Origin: an uncultured Bacilli bacterium
Lineage (GTDB): Bacteria; Bacillota_I; Bacilli_A; RF39; UBA660
Assembly: GCA_947632625.1 (NCBI GenBank)
Contig: CANRPZ010000003.1
Coordinates: forward strand, 1 to 34,412
Direction of reading: 5' to 3'
DNA length: 34,412 nucleotides
Part shown: positions 28,157 through 34,412 of the stretch, one piece after another
How positions within the stretch are numbered: the first letter of the stretch is position 1
Layout: the number at the start of each line of letters is the position of its first letter
The notes under the pieces: model-generated
The model's input: the letters and a program-made list of their open reading frames with translations, nothing else
Databases searched by the model: none
Told to the model about the DNA's origin: nothing
Position numbers and translations under genes: made by a program

Positions 28157-31060
28157 ATGTATATACCATTAAAGATTACGACTGATTATAGTTTACTTAA
28201 AAGTACGATACAAATAGATGAATTAATCAGTTTTTTAAAGCAAAAAGAAATTCCTGCCTGTGGAATTGTGGATGAAAATCTATATGGGGTTATGGAATTC
28301 TATAATAAATGTATCTTGAATCATATAAAACCTATTATTGGGCTAGATATTTTAATTAATGAGAAACATTTTTATTTATACCCGACAAATTATCAAGGGT
28401 ACCAAAACTTATTAAAAATACATACGATTAAAACCGAAAGAGATTTAAGTTTTTTAGATTTAGAAATTTATAAAGCCAATTTAATTCTGGTTATTCCATA
28501 TGATTCATTATCTTTCTATAATGAATTGGCTAAAATTTTTTCGAATGCTTATGTAAGTTACCAAAATGAGTATGAAAAAACAAATGCCTTACTAAAAACT
28601 AAAAATATTGTGTATTTAAATGATATTCGTTCTTTAAAAAAGGAAGATACCCTTTATTTGGATTATTTAAATATGATCCGTTTCGATTGTAAAGTAAATG
28701 AATACCAAAAAGAAAATTATGAAAAGAACTATTATAGAGAAGAAATTGCTGCTAAAGATGGCGAAACAACTATCCAATTTGCAAATTGCATTCAAATTGA
28801 AATTCCAAAACATGAAAATTATATTCCAAAGTATAATTCTAAAATAGAAGATTCCTTTTTGTATTTAAAGAATCTAGCTTTAAAAGGTTTACAAAAACGT
28901 TTAAATGGTACAATTCCTAAAACCTATTTCGAAAGACTTAATTATGAATTAGACGTAATTCATAAAATGGGTTTTTCGGATTACATTTTAATTGTTTACG
29001 ATTATGTACTTTTTGCTAAAAAAGAGCATATTTTTGTTGGACCTGGTAGAGGAAGCGCCGCAGGGTCTTTGGTTTGCTATACACTAGGAATTACCGATAT
29101 TGATCCTTTACAATATAATTTGTTGTTTGAAAGATTTTTAAATCCTGAACGTATAACCATGCCCGATATTGATATCGATTTTGATAATACTAGACGAATA
29201 GAGGTTATTTCTTATATACGAAATCGTTATGGAAATGAAAAAGTTGCTTCTATTCTTACTTTTGCAACTTTAAAAAGTAAATTGGTTTTAAGAGAGATTG
29301 CTCGCATTTTAGATTATAATGATCGAGATTTTTCTTCTTTTATGAATGAAATAAATTCTAACTTAAATTTATATGAGAATTTAAAAAATGGCAAAATAAA
29401 AAATAGACTTGAAAAAAATAAAACATTGCAAAAAATATATAAAATTGCCTTAAGACTAGAAGGACTTAAAAAAAATATTTCCACTCATGCCGCAGGGGTG
29501 GTCATTTCTAAAGTAAATTTAGATGATGTTATTCCTATTGTAAAACAAAATGATACGATTTTAACAGGAATTACAATGGAATATTTAGAAGAACTTGGAT
29601 TATTAAAAATGGATTTGCTGGCGATTAAAAATTTAACCATTATTTCCAATATTTTGAATTTGATAAAAAAGGATAAAAAAGAAGAGGTGGATTTAAATAA
29701 AATTGATTTAAATGATTCACAAGTTTTAGCGGTTTTTGCGAGTGGAGATACAACAGGAATATTTCAATTTGAAAGTAATGGTATCCGTAATTTTTTACAA
29801 AAATTAAAACCTTCTTGTTTTAATGATTTAGTTGCTACTATTGCTTTGTATCGTCCAGGCCCAATGGATAATTTAAATACTTTTGTAAAAAGAAAAGAAG
29901 GTAGGGAAGCCATTACTTATTTGCTTCCTGTATTAAAGCCTATTTTAGAAGAAACTTATGGCATTATTGTTTATCAAGAACAAGTAATGCAAATTTTAGT
30001 GACGGTTGCGAATTATAGTTATGCTGAAGCAGATATTATAAGAAGAGCCATGAGCAAGAAGAAAAAAGAGATCATTGAAAATGAACGAGAAAAGTTTGTT
30101 AATCAAGCGTTAAAAAATGGCTATGAAGAAAAAAAAGTCAACGAGCTTTACGATTTAATATTAAAGTTTGCGGGGTATGGATTTAATAAATCGCATTCCG
30201 TTTCTTATGCATTAATTGGATATCAAATGGCTTATTTAAAGGTAAAATATAAAAATTATTTTTTAACCAATCTTTTAAATATGAGTATTGGTAGTGAAAT
30301 AAAAACGAAAGAATACTTAAATGAAGCCAAAAGCCATGGACTAAATCTTGTTCATCCCTCTGTAAATTTAAGTTTAAGTACCTATTTTATTCAAAACAAT
30401 TCTTTATATTTACCCTTATCCATTATAAAGGGGCTTAATACAACTACAATCGATTGTATAATTGAAGAAAGACAAAAAAATGGTGTATATAAAGACTTTA
30501 CTGATTTTGTTACTCGTACCCTTGATAAATTTGTAAATGAACGTATTTTAGAAATTTTAATTCATGCCGAAGCCTTAAAGGAATTTGGCAATATTACTAC
30601 TTTAAGAGAAAATCTGCCTACCGTCTTAAATTACGCCGAACTTGCCAAAGATGTGGATTCGCCTTTACTTTTAAAACCAATATTAAAAGAATACGAAGAA
30701 AATGAAAATAAAAATAAATTGGAATTGGAAAGCTATGGATTTTATATAACGAACCATCCAACTAGTATTTATAATGATGCGAATATAACAAAATTAAATA
30801 CGATACAAAAATATTTTGACAAATATATTAAAACCGTGGTATTAATAGAGAGTATAAGGAAAACAAAAACTAAAAATAATGAGGATATGGCTTTTATTGA
30901 GGCAAGTGATGAAACAGAAAGTGGCCTATTTGTTGTTTTTGCTAAACAAATAAAATTATTAGATGAAATAAAAGTTAAAGATATTGTTTTAATTAATGGA
31001 AGAGTAACAAAACGATATGATAAATATCAGATCAATGTAAACAATATGATAAAAAAATAA
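28157..31060 (+). CDS. dnaE: DNA polymerase III alpha subunit, DnaE type (967 aa)
   Basis: GPGRGSAAGS, LFERFLNPER, MPDIDIDF, STHAAGVV, GLLKMDLL, YGFNKSH. Start set to ATG 28157 after GGGAGG. Confidence 0.96.
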   Translation: MYIPLKITTDYSLLKSTIQIDELISFLKQKEIPACGIVDENLYGVMEFYNKCILNHIKPIIGLDILINEKHFYLYPTNYQGYQNLLKIHTIKTERDLSFLDLEIYKANLILVIPYDSLSFYNELAKIFSNAYVSYQNEYEKTNALLKTKNIVYLNDIRSLKKEDTLYLDYLNMIRFDCKVNEYQKENYEKNYYREEIAAKDGETTIQFANCIQIEIPKHENYIPKYNSKIEDSFLYLKNLALKGLQKRLNGTIPKTYFERLNYELDVIHKMGFSDYILIVYDYVLFAKKEHIFVGPGRGSAAGSLVCYTLGITDIDPLQYNLLFERFLNPERITMPDIDIDFDNTRRIEVISYIRNRYGNEKVASILTFATLKSKLVLREIARILDYNDRDFSSFMNEINSNLNLYENLKNGKIKNRLEKNKTLQKIYKIALRLEGLKKNISTHAAGVVISKVNLDDVIPIVKQNDTILTGITMEYLEELGLLKMDLLAIKNLTIISNILNLIKKDKKEEVDLNKIDLNDSQVLAVFASGDTTGIFQFESNGIRNFLQKLKPSCFNDLVATIALYRPGPMDNLNTFVKRKEGREAITYLLPVLKPILEETYGIIVYQEQVMQILVTVANYSYAEADIIRRAMSKKKKEIIENEREKFVNQALKNGYEEKKVNELYDLILKFAGYGFNKSHSVSYALIGYQMAYLKVKYKNYFLTNLLNMSIGSEIKTKEYLNEAKSHGLNLVHPSVNLSLSTYFIQNNSLYLPLSIIKGLNTTTIDCIIEERQKNGVYKDFTDFVTRTLDKFVNERILEILIHAEALKEFGNITTLRENLPTVLNYAELAKDVDSPLLLKPILKEYEENENKNKLELESYGFYITNHPTSIYNDANITKLNTIQKYFDKYIKTVVLIESIRKTKTKNNEDMAFIEASDETESGLFVVFAKQIKLLDEIKVKDIVLINGRVTKRYDKYQINVNNMIKK

Positions 31061-31074
31061 AGGAGTCGTAAAAA

Positions 31075-34000
31075 ATGGAAGAAGAATTAGAACGTTTTTT
31101 TAAAAGTATTCATTTTGAAGCAAAGGATACGGATTTTCAAAAGGCCTATGTAAAAAAAGTTATCTATTTAAAACAAAAAGATGTTTTTGAAATTTATTTA
31201 CATTTAGAAAAAGTCCTACCAATTTCTACAGCAAAAGCCTTATTTGAAGCTGCTAAAAATAAAATAAATCAAGTAAAAGATTGTGTTATTTATTTAGAAT
31301 ATGAAAAAGTTTGTAATGAGGATGTTTTGTTATACTTAAAAGATATTTTAAAAGATCTTACTAAAAAAAGACCTTCTTTGGTTAATTTATGTGATTCTTT
31401 GATTTCTATTGAAGATGAAATTATTACCATTGATGTCTCTACTAAATTAGAAGAACAAGAGGTTAAAAAAGAGGGTAAGAATATTACTACAAAACTTTTT
31501 CTATATGGTTTAGGAGAATTTGAATTAACGAGTAAGGTAAATGAAGAGTTAAATAAAGAATTAAATGATGAGATAAAAAAGGATTTAGTAAAAGAAATTC
31601 CTAATGAATTACCAATTAGTAAAGAGATAAATACAGCACTATCAATTGAAGGGGAAATAAGTTCTATTTCTAATATTTTAGGGGATATGAAAAACGTTAT
31701 TGTAGAAGCTTATGTGTTTGGTATAGATTCTATGGAACATGAAAAAATTAATATTATTACTCTAAAAATAAGTGATAAAACCAATAGTTTACTTGCCAAA
31801 CTATTTAAAAAAGATAAAAATGAATATAAAAATGCTTTAAAAGATTTTAAAATTGGAAATTGGTATCGTATTCAAGGAAAAGTAGAATTTGATACGTTTA
31901 GTAAAGATTTAGTTTTATCCATTCGCCGTTATGAACAAATAGAATCTAAAGATAATGTAATAAGGGAACAAACAGATACTCCTAGAGTAGAATTACATAC
32001 GCATACGATGATGAGTGCTATGGATGGGGTAATCGATGCCAAGACTCTTGTAAAACATGCTATTAAAATTGGTCAAAAAGCCGTTGCTGTAACGGACCAT
32101 AACTGTGTTCAAGCTTTTCCAGATCTTTATCATGCTGTTTGTGATGCGAATAAAGGTAAAGAGGAAAGTGAGCATTTTAAAGTTCTATATGGAGCTGAAA
32201 TGAATGTTGTAAATGATGATGTGGACATTATTTTTAATAATCGTACCTATAATCTATTAGAAGATACTTATGTCGTATTTGATACCGAAACGACTGGTTT
32301 TTATGCTGGAAGCGACCAAATGATTGAAATTGGTGCAGTCAAAATTAAAAATGGTAAAATTATTGATCGATTTGATGAACTTATTGATCCAAAAAGACCG
32401 ATTCCTAAAAAAATTACGGAACTTACCTTTATAACGGATGAAATGGTAAGTGGTAAAGATACCGAAGAAAATGTTACAAAAAGATTTTTAGAGTGGGCCC
32501 AAGATTTTCCTATGGTTGCACACAATGCAAAATTTGATATTTCTTTTATGCGCGCGGCTTGTAATAAGTATAATTTAGGTGAATTTGATAAAACCGTTTT
32601 AGATACGATGAGTATGGCTCGTATGTTACATCCCGAATGGCCAAATCATAAACTCCAAACGCTAACAAAAAGGCTAGATATTCCATGGGATGAGGAAAAA
32701 CACCATCGAGCTGATTATGATGCCGAAGGAACGGCTTTAGCTTTTTATAAAATGGCTAAAACTTTCTATGATCAAAATATAAGTACAACAGATGATATTT
32801 TAGCTAATATTGATATGGAATCTTTAGTACGTTTTGCTTATCCTTTTCATGCGACAATGATTGCGCAAGATAGAGAAGGTTTAAAAAATTTATTTAAAAT
32901 TATTTCTATTGCCAATACCAAATATTTATATAAAAATGAACAACCAAAGATTCCAAGAAAGGAAATCGAAAAATTACGTAAAGGCTTGTTTATTGGTTCC
33001 GGTTGTATTAATGGAGAGATTTTTGAAAAAGCTGGAAGCAAAGAAGATGAAGAACTTGTAAACATGATGAGTTTTTATGATTATATTGAGGTTCAACCGA
33101 TTAGTGCTTTTTCGCATTTAATTGGTGCAGGAGCTAAATTTCAAACAACCACGCAAGCCGAAGAATATTTAAAACGTATTATTAGGGTTGCTAAAGAAGC
33201 AGGAAAACCAGTTGTTGCAACGGGTGATGTACACAACTTAACAAAAGAAGATAAAATCTATCGAGAAATTATTATTAATCAAAAATTTAACGGAAAACTC
33301 CATCCTTTAAAAAGAAAAGGATTGGAAATCCCTAATCAATATTTGAAAACAACGGAAGAAATGCTTGAAGATTTTAAATTTTTAAGTGATGAAGAAGCTT
33401 ATGAAATCGTAGTTGAAAATCCCAACAAAATTGCTAGTCAAGTGGAAGAAATTGAGGTAATTATCGATACACCAAATCCATTCGCTCCTAGAATTGAACA
33501 TTCAGTGGAAACGATGATCGAGCTTGTATATGAAAAGGCCGATTTGTTGTATGGTAATCCTTTACCTATTAATATAGAAGAGCGACTTGCAAAAGAACTT
33601 TATGGGGATGCTTTAATCAAAGCTTGTAAAACAGAAAAAGAAGAGGAAAAAGAAGCCTATGCCCTTGTTCATGAAACTATTTTAAAAGGAAAAGAAGCCG
33701 TTAAAGATATGGTAAAAAAACATTTAGAAGAAGAGGGTACAGAGGAAGAATTAGATAAAATGGCATATAAAAAGCTAGGTGGTATTATTGGAGCAAATTA
33801 TGACGTTATTTATTTGATTGCTCAAAAATTGGTGAAACACTCAAATGATGAAGGCTTTTTAGTCGGTTCTCGAGGATCCGTCGGTTCTAGTTTCGTTGCC
33901 AATATGATGGGAATTACAGAGGTGAATAGTCTCCCAGCTCATTATCGTTGTCCTAAATGTAAATTAAGTATTTTTAATGATGAAGATGGGACATCTCTTG

Positions 34001-34412
34001 GGGTTAAATATTCTTGTGGTTTTGATTTGCCGGATAAAAAGTGTCCTAATTGCGGATCTAAAATGGATAAAGATGGCCATGATATTCCATTTGAAACATT
34101 CCTTGGATTTAATGCCGATAAAGTTCCTGATATCGATTTAAATTTCTCTGATTTAAACCAAGCAAGTGCGCATGAATATACGAAAGTTTTGTTTGGTGTT
34201 GATAATGTGTATCGTGCCGGAACCATAGGTACAGTTGCAGATAAAACGGCTTTTGGTTATGTAAAAGGGTATTGTGAAGAAAAAGGTATTATCATGCGTA
34301 ATATTGAGGTTGAGCGTTTAGCTATTGGTTGTACTGGTTGTAAAAGAACGACTGGTCAACACCCAGGAGGAATTGTTGTTATTCCTGATTATATGGAGGT
34401 ATGTGATTTTAC
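31075..34412 (+). CDS. polC: DNA polymerase III PolC, 3'-truncated by the window edge
   Basis: Absent from the ORF track, probably because it has no stop in the window. ATG 31075 after AAGGAG; PHP RVELHTHTMMS...VTDH, exonuclease FDTETTG...AHNAKFD...HHRADYD, GSRGSVGSS, Zn finger CPKC/CPNC, catalytic PDIDLNF, TTGQHPGG. Confidence 0.97.
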   Translation, partial: MEEELERFFKSIHFEAKDTDFQKAYVKKVIYLKQKDVFEIYLHLEKVLPISTAKALFEAAKNKINQVKDCVIYLEYEKVCNEDVLLYLKDILKDLTKKRPSLVNLCDSLISIEDEIITIDVSTKLEEQEVKKEGKNITTKLFLYGLGEFELTSKVNEELNKELNDEIKKDLVKEIPNELPISKEINTALSIEGEISSISNILGDMKNVIVEAYVFGIDSMEHEKINIITLKISDKTNSLLAKLFKKDKNEYKNALKDFKIGNWYRIQGKVEFDTFSKDLVLSIRRYEQIESKDNVIREQTDTPRVELHTHTMMSAMDGVIDAKTLVKHAIKIGQKAVAVTDHNCVQAFPDLYHAVCDANKGKEESEHFKVLYGAEMNVVNDDVDIIFNNRTYNLLEDTYVVFDTETTGFYAGSDQMIEIGAVKIKNGKIIDRFDELIDPKRPIPKKITELTFITDEMVSGKDTEENVTKRFLEWAQDFPMVAHNAKFDISFMRAACNKYNLGEFDKTVLDTMSMARMLHPEWPNHKLQTLTKRLDIPWDEEKHHRADYDAEGTALAFYKMAKTFYDQNISTTDDILANIDMESLVRFAYPFHATMIAQDREGLKNLFKIISIANTKYLYKNEQPKIPRKEIEKLRKGLFIGSGCINGEIFEKAGSKEDEELVNMMSFYDYIEVQPISAFSHLIGAGAKFQTTTQAEEYLKRIIRVAKEAGKPVVATGDVHNLTKEDKIYREIIINQKFNGKLHPLKRKGLEIPNQYLKTTEEMLEDFKFLSDEEAYEIVVENPNKIASQVEEIEVIIDTPNPFAPRIEHSVETMIELVYEKADLLYGNPLPINIEERLAKELYGDALIKACKTEKEEEKEAYALVHETILKGKEAVKDMVKKHLEEEGTEEELDKMAYKKLGGIIGANYDVIYLIAQKLVKHSNDEGFLVGSRGSVGSSFVANMMGITEVNSLPAHYRCPKCKLSIFNDEDGTSLGVKYSCGFDLPDKKCPNCGSKMDKDGHDIPFETFLGFNADKVPDIDLNFSDLNQASAHEYTKVLFGVDNVYRAGTIGTVADKTAFGYVKGYCEEKGIIMRNIEVERLAIGCTGCKRTTGQHPGGIVVIPDYMEVCDF

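Noticed and set aside
33601-33777. Intein in PolC
   Set aside because: Too short and lacks an N-terminal Cys/Ser and a C-terminal His-Asn.
1-34412. DGR template repeat, reverse transcriptase or avd gene within the window
   Set aside because: No second copy of the 8660-8803 sequence was seen by eye and no ORF has RT motifs, so a complete DGR cassette cannot be claimed here.

Overview
AT-rich chromosomal segment from a streamlined, spore-forming Firmicute. An RF39-type Bacilli lineage is plausible, but that is inference from gene content and AT bias only. Most of the window is core and sporulation genes: prfB (programmed +1 frameshift), tilS, ftsH, spoIVA-hup, cdsA-rseP, ftsA-ftsZ-spoIIGA-sigE-sigG, dut, ylmC, lspA-rluD, a rhomboid protease, RNase J2, dnaE and a 3'-truncated polC that the ORF track misses. 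The notable part is a roughly 5.3 kb surface-protein block between ftsH and spoIVA. Its first gene (6994-8803) ends in an abruptly adenine-depleted, GC-rich ~140 nt segment encoding an RGG...FR C-type-lectin-fold motif, which looks like the variable region of a diversity-generating retroelement (DGR). No template repeat or reverse transcriptase is visible in the window. The same gene is split from its start codon by a G10 tract that is currently out of frame, suggesting phase variation. It is followed by a GT2-TPR glycosyltransferase, a class B sortase with a large N-terminal extension (on the minus strand; the ORF track labels it +) and a divergent NPQTG-type substrate. Other oddities are an FtsH with a Rho_N-like tail, a PgsA-HD fusion, tandem dnaE-polC and RBS-occluding hairpins on two forespore promoters. 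All calls are by eye; no searches were run.
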